A DNA stretch of 64,000 nt from Botryllus schlosseri (lineage: Eukaryota): assembly GCA_051294905.1 (NCBI GenBank), contig CM119378.1:19778001-19842000 (forward strand), in the 5' to 3' direction. Shown piece by piece: positions 51,739-64,000 of this stretch (the first letter of the stretch is position 1; every line of letters begins with the position of its first letter). A program made the translations under genes and the position numbers. The notes under the pieces are model-generated. The model was given only the letters and a program-made list of their open reading frames with translations. It had not been told where the DNA came from and made no database searches.

Positions 51739-54391
51739 TGGGATTACCATATTCTCGTGGGCCAAATTCCGGACACTTTTTTGTGCCCCTAACTGGTTTT
51801 AAAATGATATATGAACACATATGACGTCACATTGGAAATGCTTGGGCTCTCGATTGTACGCAGGACTGGATTTTGTAATAGGTCGTGAATTAACTAGACC
51901 AGTGGTTCTCAACCGCCGGTCCGCGGACCGGTGCCGGTCCGCGACGACATTCCTGCCGGTCCGCCAGGCATATTAGAATTTTATACTTTAATTTCAAGAT
52001 GCCATGTTGAAGGCTTGTTCATTGATAAAATAAATAAAACATCAAATTTTAAACTGATTCATAACTTCGTGAGGTAACATTAGGGCTGGAAACATGTTCG
52101 ATTTGACTTGAAGTTCAAGACGTGTGTCACTTGACGACAAGCAAGTGACAAGTACACAGAACAGATACGAGCCGACGCATCGCTAAACAGCACAGTTTGA
52201 TCATTGGTTTTCGATTCATTCATTTTGTGCAGCACCGTAACGGGGGCACCCGAAACCGCCCAATTGAAGAGGGGCCGAGCTTGAATAGGGCTCAAAATTA
52301 TTTCGCAAATGAACATAAATCATAGCATATTTGAAACTTTTTCGAACATTTATCAATTTCTTTTCGCTCTTTGCACGATTTAGCATCCCTAAATGTATTG
52401 CTTAGCCTATTAGGTGCCCTTCTCTGAGAAATACGGAATGATATATAGGTATTTCGGCGTCAGCCATTACTACGCCACGACGTACCAGCGCATAATGAAG
52501 CTTAGGTTAACATGGGACTCCGAAAGGTGGGCCAAAAATTCGGCCGCGAGAAAACCGCTTCACTCGTGAATGATCGAAAATTTTCGCTATTGGTGCGATT
52601 AAGCTACGTAAACTCTCTGCTTACGCTCAGTAAAATAGATGTGCTCCCAAGTACAGGTGAACACATCCACCCAACTGTAGGGTTTGGGGGTGAAGCCCCC
52701 GGAAGTTTGACTTATCGCCCCGTGGGCGCCCCAAGACCAGCGTTTTTGGGTTGGACTGACGAAGTACTTTTTCGGCCCGGATTTGCGGATGGCTGGTATA
52801 GGTGCTAATGTGTTTTCTTGCGACACGCATTGTATTCGTATAGGCAGTTGCCAGAGTAGCCTGTTTCTGGTGGCAGTGGGCAATGAGCAATGTAGCACGA
52901 AAAGGGGCTTGGTTTGACTCCGATACGATTCTTTTCTCGATATCGTCAAAGAGAAGAATATTATTAGAATTGGCGTGGTCGGTTAAGCCCACGGCGTTCG
53001 GCGGGAAAGACTGTATGAAGGTCTCCCGGCGGTAGCACGTTTATCTGGACAAGGCAATTTTACCTCGACTCGGCAGACTCACTACCATAAAATCACACGG
53101 ATGCCATCATGAATAATAATTAAATAGGATCAAAACCCTCTAAATTTCACTCTCTAGCACCATATAATTGCAAAAAACGGTTGCGTACTCTACATTTTGG
53201 CTTCATTTCAATTTTGAAAGTTCACCGGTCCGCCAGACATTTTTTGAAATTTTACCGGTCCGCGAGATGAAAAAGGTTGAGAACCACTGAACTAGACTAC
53301 TGCGACATCTCGAATTTGAGCTCTGGTGCTAAGGCTAGGTATTCTAATTTCGTCTGCAACTGACTTCTATGGCCTGGCCCGCCGGCCGTGTATTTGACAA
53401 CCCTGCTATAATGTTAGGTCGGTTAAGATATAGGACTATATGTGTTGTAGTCAGGGTCAAAACCACACTTTTAAGCCCCTCCCGCCCCAAAAAACACTGG
53501 TCTCAGGACCACCATAGGGTGGTCGATGTAACTTTTTTTGCGCTTAATTACTATATGCATCTGGTTTATATGTGCATCTGGTTGTTAAATTTTGTGAATT
53601 AATTCTGTCAATAATATTGGTTCTGATATCCCTATAAAATTTTCATCCTCCCTCAGCCCACGTGACCAAAGTTAGCGCTAGAGCTTGCGGAGATGGTGAC
53701 TTTGAAAATGCAGGTAACGTTATTGTACATCACTAAGTCATGTTAATGTCACGAATAATACTATCAATGGGTTGAAATGCCGATCTGCACCAGCAGGTTG
53801 CACATCCGGTGGTTTCGAAACTTTTTTGGTCGCAACTCCATTTCCTATTTGAAAATGGCTCACCTCAAAATTTGGTTAGCTGATTACTAAAAAACGGCTA
53901 GCACCTTTGCTCTGACTTACTCACGGCCTACTTTTGAAGATGATTACGTTCAACATCTTCCCGATCCCCAAAATAGAGACAAGCGACCCCAAGCTTGACA
54001 ACCACTATCTTTGAATAACGCTTCCAAACGGCCTTACCGACACTAGGAATATACGGTGTTCTTAAAAATGCGATTTCAGTTACAGTATTACAGTATTACG
54101 GTAAATGATAGTTACTTTAATTCATTTTTTACAGTAATTTGTGCGAGGACAGGGGTACAAATACTAAAAGTAATATAGGTGAAACTAAAGTAAATTAAAA
54201 TTAAATTTCAAGGAGGCTAAATCTTCCCCAAAACAAGATGTTATTTGTTTATGTCCGAAAAAATAGTAAGTTCCCTTCAAGCCTTCAAAATTCCGGGCAT
54301 TTAAGCATATTTCAGCATTTCCTCCCGGACGCAGAGGTAATCAATGAAACTCCGGACATGTCCGGGAAATTCCAGACGTATGGCAACCCTA
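51739..54391. mobile_element. Older copy of the 27628-29913 family hosting a nested Charlie-like element
   Basis: Ends TGGGATTACCATA / TATGGCAACCCTA; TSD TTCTAGTA / CTCTAATA (6/8); internal blocks shared with 27650-28330. Confidence 0.65.
51900..53289. mobile_element. Non-autonomous hAT (Charlie/Buster-like) element
   Basis: TIRs CAGTGGTTCTCAACC / GGTTGAGAACCACTG; perfect TSD AACTAGAC with central TA. Confidence 0.9.
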
Positions 54392-56446
54392 CTCTAATAT
54401 TCGAAGTCCAAATTGTAGGAAGTAAGTAGTTTTGCCTGAAAAATATCCAAGTAGTCGTGGAAGTAGTTTAAAACATAACCATTTGTGTGAGTAGAGGACG
54501 TTGGCTAAACCTACTCTCAAAAGTAACTCTAATTCGTTACTGACGCAGTGGCGTAGGAGCATATGGTGCCGCCCCTGGCTTTCGGTGACAAATCCGCCCC
54601 AAGTGGACCGCAGCAAATTTTGAAATAGCTCCATGCTCAAGCAATCTTTTCAATAAAAATGAGCACAAATAATGTACCCGAAGAGCTTCTTGGAGGTACA
54701 GAACTTCACTATGCAGTTGAATAGTATATTCATATTGAAATGAACTCGAATATTTTCGGCAGACACTCGTCAGGGGTAATTGTCAGCAACAAGTATATAA
54801 TTGGAAAGAAAATTGTACATAAACAATCTTATTACAAAACATGACGTTACCAGTATAAAATATTGAGTAAGAGAGCGTTCAGTGTACTATTTCTAGATGG
54901 TACACGTACTCCTTTTGTTGACAAGGCCTTGGCTGTTTTTTGTTTGTTTGTGGGATATCCATAGTGTTTGTTTGTTTGTTTTGGGGTATTCATGGTGTTT
55001 GTCGACTCGAGCCTGCAACCCACTGGTGTTGCAGAGCCTTAGCTGGAGTATTTTGATAAAGGTACATAGAAACTAAAGTGAATAAAGTAAAAAAGATAAA
55101 GTAAATAGAAATAATGTACCGCGTCTCAGAAGTTCTATATTGCTTGAGAAAGAAGTATTACTGTCTCAGCGTAACGCCAAAAATCCAGGTCAAAAAATGA
55201 AGAGCACATTTCTGCAAATAAAAGACCAATAGTCGCCTCAATATTGAACTTTTTGAGCTTACAATTAAATGTTTAAATGCCCAAGACTGGTTCATCTTCC
55301 ACTTTTTGGTGTGTGGGACAAAATCGTAACTATCACCAATTAGCTCGTGCTCACTCGCTGTGTGTTGTGTGCACTATGCAGCAGCGTAATTTTGCCGCTC
55401 GTTGCAGTCTGCATTTTTGAGTTACCAGTGAATGTGGGGTGAGTTTACTGATATTTTGGTAATACCAGGTATATACAATACATTGTACAGTATTTGAAGA
55501 AACCTGTAGGCTACCAAAAATTATTGTTATACTGCATATCAAACATAATTTATGAAATCTCAAGATTGACTTTTAGCGTGACGAACCCTCCGTTTAGTTT
55601 GGCCATACTGCTGTAGCTTGGGAATTTGGCGATAAGGATAAGAATAATTCCTTAAATTTATAAGGAAAGTTTGTCAGAGTTCACAATATATAATAGGTAC
55701 GGATAACGTACGAAAAAAGATTGCTTATCGAGATTTACACAACACCGACAATTATTACATCGCTTTAACGTGAAAATTTTGTGACTTTCCACGAAATTAT
55801 CTGATTTATATAATTCGCGATGTCAGCGTGTCATTATAACTTTAATTACAGGATTAAGGTCTGTTGTCTGGAATTGAAACTTGATATTGGTTGAGTTGGC
55901 GAATCTATTCATTATATGCTTACCTGGCTTAGTTCTCGTTAAGTCAAAAGAAGTGGAATGTCATGAAACTTGAACTGTAAATGTTGAATACTATACACAG
56001 CAACGTCACAATCTCCAAATAACATTTCAAACAAAAGAATTTATAAATTTATAGGCATAAGCTTCAGGTCGTGAAGGCAGTGGTTCTTGACCTTTAGTAT
56101 CCTAGTGAACGATTATGCTAATTTGCAAGGCTTCGTCGAACCCTGAAATTGCGGTGTTTCACAAACTCGGAAATCTACCACATTATACATCTATGTGCAC
56201 AAAATGACCTGTCCAGTGTACATGTAGAATTGTAGACCAACATCAGTGTTAAAAGAACAAAACCAGTAAAATATGATCTTTAAACAGGATTATAATAAAT
56301 ATATACTGTAAATCACTATATATAACGTTCGTTGTGGGAGTCGGACATCTGTCTTGACCTCCAGCGAACCGTACGAATCCCGGTTAAATCCACGGTTCTG
56401 AAAGTTCAATGTCTCTTGCATACTCGTTTCGGATCTATCATTGTAG

Positions 56447-56879
56447 CAGAGATGAGCGGATTTGAAATTTCAATGTCCTAATCCAATCCAAATCCGAACC
56501 TTCAAATCCAAATCCAAATCCAAATCCTAATCCATAACTTTTTCATATTCAAGTCCATGTCCAATCCTAATCCGATTCCAACTGGAAATTCAGAAAAAAT
56601 ACTAATTTATGCAATGGAGGGATTCGAAAATTTTCTTTCACAACCAACGATTCACTTGATTCAAGATAACTTAGTATCCATAAGTACATTAATAACTGAT
56701 CTGAATAAAGTTTGTCGCCATTCGCCACTCGACATTTCAATCTCCCAGAAAATCGGTCAATCCAATCCAAATCCTAATCCGTTCCGAAAAAAATGTATAA
56801 TCCAAATCCAATCCAAATCCGACAAAATTTCATAAATCCTGTTTTTTCAAAACCTAATCCTAATCCATGCTCATCTCAG
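56447..56879. mobile_element. hAT MITE with (AATCCA)n subterminal repeats
   Basis: TIRs CAGAGATGAGC / GCTCATCTCAG; perfect TSD CATTGTAG. Confidence 0.88.
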
Positions 56880-57590
56880 CATTGTAGTAATCAGATTCAA
56901 TGGTAACTGCAGTTACGATGCAAGTGAAATTTGAAATAGGCATTGGCACGGCTTCGACACTTAACGCAACGCAATGATCTGTATTTATTTCAGACTGATA
57001 AGTATGATTTTAGATCAGGCGTTCTTTAAGTATGGGTCGAGACCGCACTAGAGCGATCGTTTAATATGCATGTAATATTTGTCAAATTTCCGGCAATCAA
57101 AAATTTACTCGCGCTTCGCGTGGATACTTCGTTCTTGTTCATTCATTGTATTGGGTAGCATCACCAATAAGCGGGGAACGCCGAAAATGGTTACGACAAT
57201 ATGGCTTGATAATAAATATGTGCGGACCTTCGTACTACAAAAATTGTTTGATGTCATGGTAAGATTTGTCTGACATTGGTTTCTCTGGAAAACGCTAACT
57301 TGCAGGGCACGGGTAATAGGCTACTCGGATATGGAAGAGCGAGAAAGGGAACGTGCACCCCGATTCGAAAACACCTGCGTCACACATGTTTCAAGGATCT
57401 GCGTGTTGAACAATTGACTGTCTTGAACTTTTATACTTCATACATGCTCGTGAAACGTATAGTATCTAACATTAATATGCACATATTTCGATATGCTAGG
57501 CGTGGGTCGCAAGATGTCAATAGAATTCAGATTCGAGTCGCGGTAAAAAAAGGTATGAGAACCCCTGTTCTAGATGGTGCACAAAACGCA

Positions 57591-57666
57591 TACAGGCCAC
57601 AAACATCGTAAGTACAGGAATACGTGTATACAGGCCCCAAACATCGTAAGTACATGAATACGTGTA
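57591..57666. repeat. 38-bp tandem duplication (2 copies)
   Basis: TACAGGCC(A/C)CAAACATCGTAAGTACA(G/T)GAATACGTGTA x2. Confidence 0.9.
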
Positions 57667-60450
57667 GTATAGAAGGTTGGTTCGTGGTGATCAATATTGG
57701 GACAATATCTGAATTAGTTCGGTGATTCACTGGCGATTTTTACCTGCGAAAATGCTTTCGCAAATCTGTTTTGCCGAGAAACTGCATCAAAAAGCCGTTG
57801 TAACGGAAACAATGCGCTAAACAGAACTTCATTGGGTATGCTACCATGTCCGCCCGCTTGTCATGACTGCACATCTCAAATTTCGAGGTAAACCTCGATA
57901 TCACCGATACCGCACGTGTGCTATGGTTCGCATCTGTATTGTGGGGCTCAGATTGCAAAGGGGGCTACTATATTTAAATCGAAAATGATGCCGCATTGAA
58001 TCGCGCGTAGCCCAAAGAAAATTTCAAGATTGAATAAAATCGAGAGTCAATTCTTCAATTAAATTTTTATGTCGACGGCCGCCAACACATACTAACTGAA
58101 CTACTTGTCGACGGCCGCACAAATTTCCATCTGCGGCCGCAGGTTAACCACCCCTGGTGTTGGGCTGCTGCGTTAAAACACTGATTTTACGTCTTAATAC
58201 CGGCAATTCACTCATTGCTATCATGGCATACAGTCAGATCAGAAATTCGATTATTCAGGACTGAAGCAAGAGCTATATGAGCGTATGGCGTTATCAATTG
58301 AAATCCGCTTTCTGCCAAATGTACAATTAGTTGAAATTTGATATTAATAGATATGTTACCAGTCTGCCCAGCAGCGACCAAGTTCATTGGAATATATAGA
58401 ACATTTTCGTTCAAACGAATCGAATGAAATCAGAATTTTGCATTCAAGTAGTTGATGTAATTAAGGGATCACCAACGCCGTGCCCGCGTGCTACCCGTAG
58501 CCCGCGAGAACCAAATGCCTCGCCCGCGGTCGCAGTAACAAATATTCAATCGAGAGATTTGAAAGGCGAAGCGGAGAAGGGTTTCATATAAACGCAGTTT
58601 TTAATCGGGGCGTCTAGTTAGTATTCCCTAGTCTTGGCGTGGAGATTGGCGCTTCGGCGTGCAGTGCGGTAACGCGACTGATCGCGGAGACTCTGGTGTC
58701 AGTCCCGTTGGGGATAGATTCCTGTTTTTGGTAAGGGGCGGAAACCATGCCCTTTTCCCTGAATGTCCAAGTGAAGAAATCCAACTGAGCACGAATGCAC
58801 GAGGGGAGTAACTGGTAGCCCATCGAATTTATCAGTACCCAAGAAGTCGTTCTTCGTTTTAAAAAGATTGGTGACCCCTGATGTAATTCAGTTCCCTACA
58901 CTGCACTGTTGAGTAACTATTACGCGCAGCAATGGATTGCAATTCGCAGGCATACACAATAACAAGCTGTTCAATTTCGAACTGCAATTGAAAAGACTAA
59001 CACGAAAATCAGTCACGAAATGATTTGGTCACGGGAATGCACGGGAATCGGTGCATCTACGATATAATTTAAAGAAGAGGAACGTGAACTTGCTCGTCCG
59101 ATTGAAAGAAGAGATGATATTTCTCAGAGCACTCGGGTTGAAATCGATGTTTCTACCGAGATGGCGTCGCTTCGTCTAATTACGATTATTGATTACAAAT
59201 TAGTGATGTTGTTGTTGTTTTGTAGTATTCACGGAGTTTGTCAACTAGGGGAGACAGGGTACGAATGTAACACGGGGCAAATGTAACAATCGATCTCACC
59301 GCTAGTAGTATGGAGAAATTACAACGTAATATATGTAACTGGAACAATGTTACCATAGTCTACCGTGATGATAGGAAAACTAGGACTTGAATCGCCGGGA
59401 AGGTACCATACTGAGACATTAATCATTGCGGAGCGTGTCAAGGGCCATTGTAACACTCTGTTACTTTTGCCCCGTTACAATATCTTTTCAATGCTGAATA
59501 TCAGTGTTCATATGATGGGATAACCATTTATCTACTGCAGATGAATCTTGCAACAGCCATAAGTTCAATACCAAAACAGACACTACCTTATCGCTTTACC
59601 AATTCTAACATGATCCTCTGTCGGAACGGCCCTACAGAAGTGGTGATGTGAATCATAGGGAGCGGTTATTTCCGTGATTCTACCACCCTTTGTCATGTTG
59701 ATCGACTTTTTGTGCATCGACCTTCAATGGTCACTGAAAAAACTCGCCCATGACTGAATTCTCATCCCCTGACTTTGAGCATGGCTCATTTACATTTTGT
59801 CATTTGGTGTGAACAATTTACTTTAATTTTGTACAGAACAGAAGAATGCCATTAGCTTTGACGCCAAACAACGTTGCGTCTATGTTTTGCTACACAATCA
59901 TCGGCTCATTCCACCAAGATAGTATTGATAAAGTTGCTATGTGTTTATTCAAATACTGGAGCGTTAATGAGACATTTGACTTAGACATATGATCATTATA
60001 TCGTCCTGTAACCTACTCGAGCGAAGTAACCTATATTAGAATAACATCATTGTTCAAATGCTGCGATTCTTTATGAAATTGTAAGTTACTTATGGCGTGT
60101 GCAACTTACTTACATCAAATTCGTTTCCTCTAGTACATTGGCAATATTAGCAATATCAGTATGACTTCGTTGCCAACAATTGAAATACACCATGAAAATA
60201 AAGGAAGGTTATAAAACGACTCGGTGAAGTCAATCAATCACATTCGACTATCAACATATAGTCGGACTCACATTTGGTTTGTTATGCTGCATCTGCAAGA
60301 ACAGGCGGTTGTAGCAGCGGCTGCGACGTCGTTACTACCGTTTGAAACAACATACCTTGTCTAAACGCGATTCTCGTCATTCACAGTTACAACGATCAAA
60401 ATATAAACTACAAAAAATGTTTCTTCATCTTGTAATAAACACCAACATTA

Positions 60451-60855
60451 TAGAGTTACCATATTTTCAGACCCCGATAAGAGGACACTTTTTTCAAGCT
60501 TCAATAAAAGACATAAAACAGAGGGATTTATAATTTATACAAATAATTGTGATTCTAGGTGAGTTGTTAGTTGCCTTCGTGGCAATGCCTGAAAATGCGG
60601 ACTCCGCGGATAGCTCTTGGCCTTTTGACCTTTTTTTAGTCAACCTTCGCGGCAGTTCCAGAAAAAAAAACATTTTCACGTGTAGTTTGTGTCGGGTGGG
60701 CCATGTTTAGTCTTCGTTGGTTAATCGGTTACTTCTAGAGGCAAAAAAGAGGAATGGCATGCAAAAAAGAGGACATTTGAGCGTTCTCAGAGGACATTTT
60801 AATTTTATTGAAAAATGGGGATAACTCCTCCTAAATAGGACATATGGTGTCCGTA
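60451..60855. mobile_element. Degenerate TAGGGTTACCATA-family MITE
   Basis: TAGAGTTACCATA...GAGGACA motifs...TATGGTGTCCGTA; no TSD. Confidence 0.55.
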
Positions 60856-61369
60856 ACGTGCATGACTGCTCCCTAGTCAAAAATATTCCGGGTAAAGCCA
60901 CAGTGGGGCCGCTTGAGCGCCATCATGTCCGAAACACGCAATTGCAGGTACGTCATTTTTGTGGAGATGTAACTCCGCTGTGGCTGTGGGGTTATTTAGA
61001 ACCTCGGTGTATACGCGTTATATTATCAAAATCGAATTGCCCATGTAATTTATTGAAAACTTACAAGGTTACCAAAATTTGGATTATATGGCTGACCGCG
61101 AAATTTGGAATGTTGATGACTAAATAACAAACAGGTCTCTCAAATATCAGTGCATGGAAGGGACTTTAGATAAAATTAATTCCCGAAAACATTTATCATG
61201 ACTTCCCTGTCTATTTCCGCTTATTGAAGGGAATTTAATTAGCATGCATCCATGAAAATATATAAACTGCCTTCCTGTCTCTTCGCTTGCATGTAATTCA
61301 TTCCTGAGACGGCGTGGCATGGTGTTGGCAACTGAGAATATCTGACATTGGAGGAGACATCTGATCCGG

Positions 61370-61445
61370 TCTTCCCGCCGACAATTTCGTTACCTTTTAC
61401 TACGTTGTGGCTTGGTAACCATCCAAAGAATATTGTAATCCCAGT
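61370..61445 (-). pseudogene. LINE RNase H fragment
   Basis: Minus strand GITIFFGWLPSHNVVKGNEIV resembles the W.PSH.GI.GNE.AD motif. Confidence 0.55.
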
Positions 61446-62812
61446 TCCTTTGACCCCTGCTCAAGCCAAGTGAAAATTTACTCCAAACGTTTGCCGGCGC
61501 ACTAAATGGGTTAGATCAGTGGTTCTCAACCTCCTGGAGGGCGCGGGAAACTCTCAGGGAGAGCAAGAAATTGACATAGTCTGTATGAATTCTGACTAAA
61601 CATGCATTTCACAACCATTCTGATAAAACGATTGTTGAAGATGAAACTTATTTTGTATTCAAAAAAGCTCGCCAAATTCAAACTCCATCAGTCGCGCTCA
61701 ATGGAGTATAGGCTGATTTCAATTTCATTTGAGCAAATATTTGATATTATTTGAAAATTTAGAGCAATTCCCACGTGTCTGTCATTCAATAATTCATAGG
61801 TTTGGCAGCAGCCTTAAGCTCGGTGCGCTGGGTAGCTGTTGGTAATAGCTGACGAACTGCACTGCCTAAGACAGACCTAGATGCAATATAGATTGCCCGG
61901 TGTAGCCCTCAATTAGGCTACCCTAAATCGACACAATTTAATTCAATTCCAAAACTGATCAAATTTAGCATGCGAGTACAGAAGGATGTTGTACTCTCTG
62001 TAGTCACTACCAGCATTAGGATTAGTCACAGTGCAACCTACCTTGATATAGATTGATGTCCTGTTCAATGTTTTTTGCTATTTTCAAACAAGTTTGGGGA
62101 AATTTGTCAGAAATGTTAAAGACTCAATAATTGGAAAGCGGATACATACCATACGTATACTATTTTAGATCAGGGATGGGCAACCTGCGGCCGTAGATGG
62201 GAGTTTGTGCGGCCGTCGACACCTAATACGATTAGCATGTGTCGGTGGCCGTCGACATGTAAATGGAAATTACGACGGTTGATCGCCCTACGTCGTGCCC
62301 AGGACCGGTGCAAGTACCAATATTATTGACCAAATTTAACCATTAACTGTGGAGGCACAGTCATCTTTCATCACATTATGTCCGTGGGTGAAAGATTACC
62401 CTAAAATATTGTGTTAATCACCTAATATGGGCCCATGCAATGTTCCCTGTAATTTTTGACGAGTCTCCGCACACTCACCAAGTCACTGCGCAAACCCTTG
62501 GACAACAGTGCGTAACGACTTCATGATTTCGTATTTTTTGTGCGCAACTGCGATTTTCTGTGCGCAGAGACCGTGTTAGCACAGGGCATTTGCGCATGTG
62601 CGCAGCCTAAAGGAAACATTGGGCCCATGTCCATAGATTTCTACTATTTTTTCACATCTTAAAAAGTGGGGCGTCTTTTACCTCGTCAAATTTTTGGCCC
62701 CCCTCGATTTTTTTTCTGGCTACGCCCTTGTTACTGATTACAACTCCGACTTGGGTGGGAAATTGGAGGAAGGTTTTACATTTGGCATCTTAATGAGGTT
62801 TCAAGTGGCTAG

Positions 62813-63759
62813 TAGGGATGGTGTGAACGTGAGGTTCACGTTCGCGTTCTGTGTGTGAACCTCAGAAAGTTGGAGTTGGTTCTGCACTGTGAACCTTTTT
62901 CATATATTACAATTTCACGTCATTATAGCATATTTGGTTTAAATTTTTTGCATTTCAACTGCGGGCGATTCTATGCATGGCACTGACAGCACAAAATATC
63001 AGCACTAAAGGAGAATGCACCTTATTGACAATCGCAAAAATTATACTTGCTTTCTTACAAAAGTTTGCTCGAAATATCCAGCTTTCTGTTTGTGAATATT
63101 CAGTGTCTCTGTGCTGTGAGCTAGACCCGAAATCACTCTACATCAAGAGCGAAATATGCTACATGTAGGTATAGTCAGCGAATGATGCTTATTCAACCAA
63201 TCAATGAAATTGATATCGCTATCTGATGCAAAAATCTAGCAAGTGGGTACGGGGTCCATCTCGATTTCATATGCTTATTATATCATAAAAGCAAAATCCG
63301 TGCGATTTGGGTGTTGGCTACTGCTGTATAACTTGCTAATGCGGTAAAACCTGTTTTACTCTCAGCTCAATATCAACGTAGCCACACTCAGACGCCGAAT
63401 ACATTGTCCGGTCTGGCCTGGAAGGTTAAGGCATAAGCTAATATTCCCTTGCAAATCCCCGTCGAAATTGTTGGCGGAGCGACGGAAGATATTGATTTTA
63501 TGTAATTATTATATCATTTCATTGCTCCAGTTGATACATTTGGCGACGTTTAAAAAGTCAGTATGTAGGACTTCAACATTGTGGCATTATGTGGCCCGAA
63601 TCGTCGCTAGGTATCGTGTAGCGACTGTAGCCTACAATAATGTATATCACTACACTGAAATGTAGGGTTGGATTCAGCAATCTGACGTTATGTGACGTCA
63701 CGAGGTTCACGTTCGCGTTCACTCGAACCTGAACCTTTCAGAGGTTCATACCATCCCTA
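62813..63759. mobile_element. hAT-like MITE with GAGGTTCACGTTCGCGTTC subterminal motifs
   Basis: TIRs TAGGGATGGT / ACCATCCCTA; TSD GTGGCTAG / GCGGATAG (6/8). Confidence 0.72.
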
Positions 63760-64000
63760 GCGGATAGTTTTGTACTGATTGAGAGAAGACTGACGACTAA
63801 CACGTACAAGTTTACCGTGTGGTTATTATCGGTGAATGCAGGCTCCGTATTTCATTCTGTTTTATAAGTTCTATTGTCCCGCTCATGTGTTCCATTTTAC
63901 AATAATTTCTGAGCGACACTTTCTCAACTAAACTTTCCATTTACTGCACGTATTAGCCGACAATACAAATGTAAGGGTGTTATAGACATGTGACCTGCGC

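Noticed and set aside
58600-58860. GC-rich stretch with overlapping open frames
   Set aside because: No motif, splice pattern or second copy that I could identify.
1-64000. CRISPR array, rRNA or prokaryotic operons
   Set aside because: No regular repeat-spacer array, rRNA-like sequence or dense ORFs; the window is spliced eukaryotic DNA.

Overview
AT-rich, repeat-dense metazoan genomic DNA (invertebrate-like; species not identifiable from the sequence). One complete 5-exon gene can be built by hand (864-8305, +): a secreted protein of about 920 aa with a long acidic Pro/Glu repeat region and one C-terminal MAM domain. There is also an orphan terminal exon for a membrane protein (49901-50070). 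The rest is mostly transposon debris: L2/CR1-type and I-group LINE fragments, a Penelope-like element, a decayed THAP-bearing DNA element, a tRNA-derived SINE family and many hAT-type MITEs with 8-bp TSDs, often nested. The standout is a 13,875-bp element at 30597-44471. It has AGTAGT...ACTACT termini and a perfect 6-bp TSD (AAAATG), the terminal signature of Polinton/Maverick elements, but no recognisable gene. It consists of two near-identical inverted arms (6,259 and 5,965 bp) around a 1,651-bp spacer. It interrupts an old LINE, carries the same nested hAT insertion in both arms, and shows fold-back hairpins at both rearrangement junctions. I interpret it as a possible integrated copy-back, non-autonomous Polinton derivative. 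All alignments were done by eye; no searches were run.
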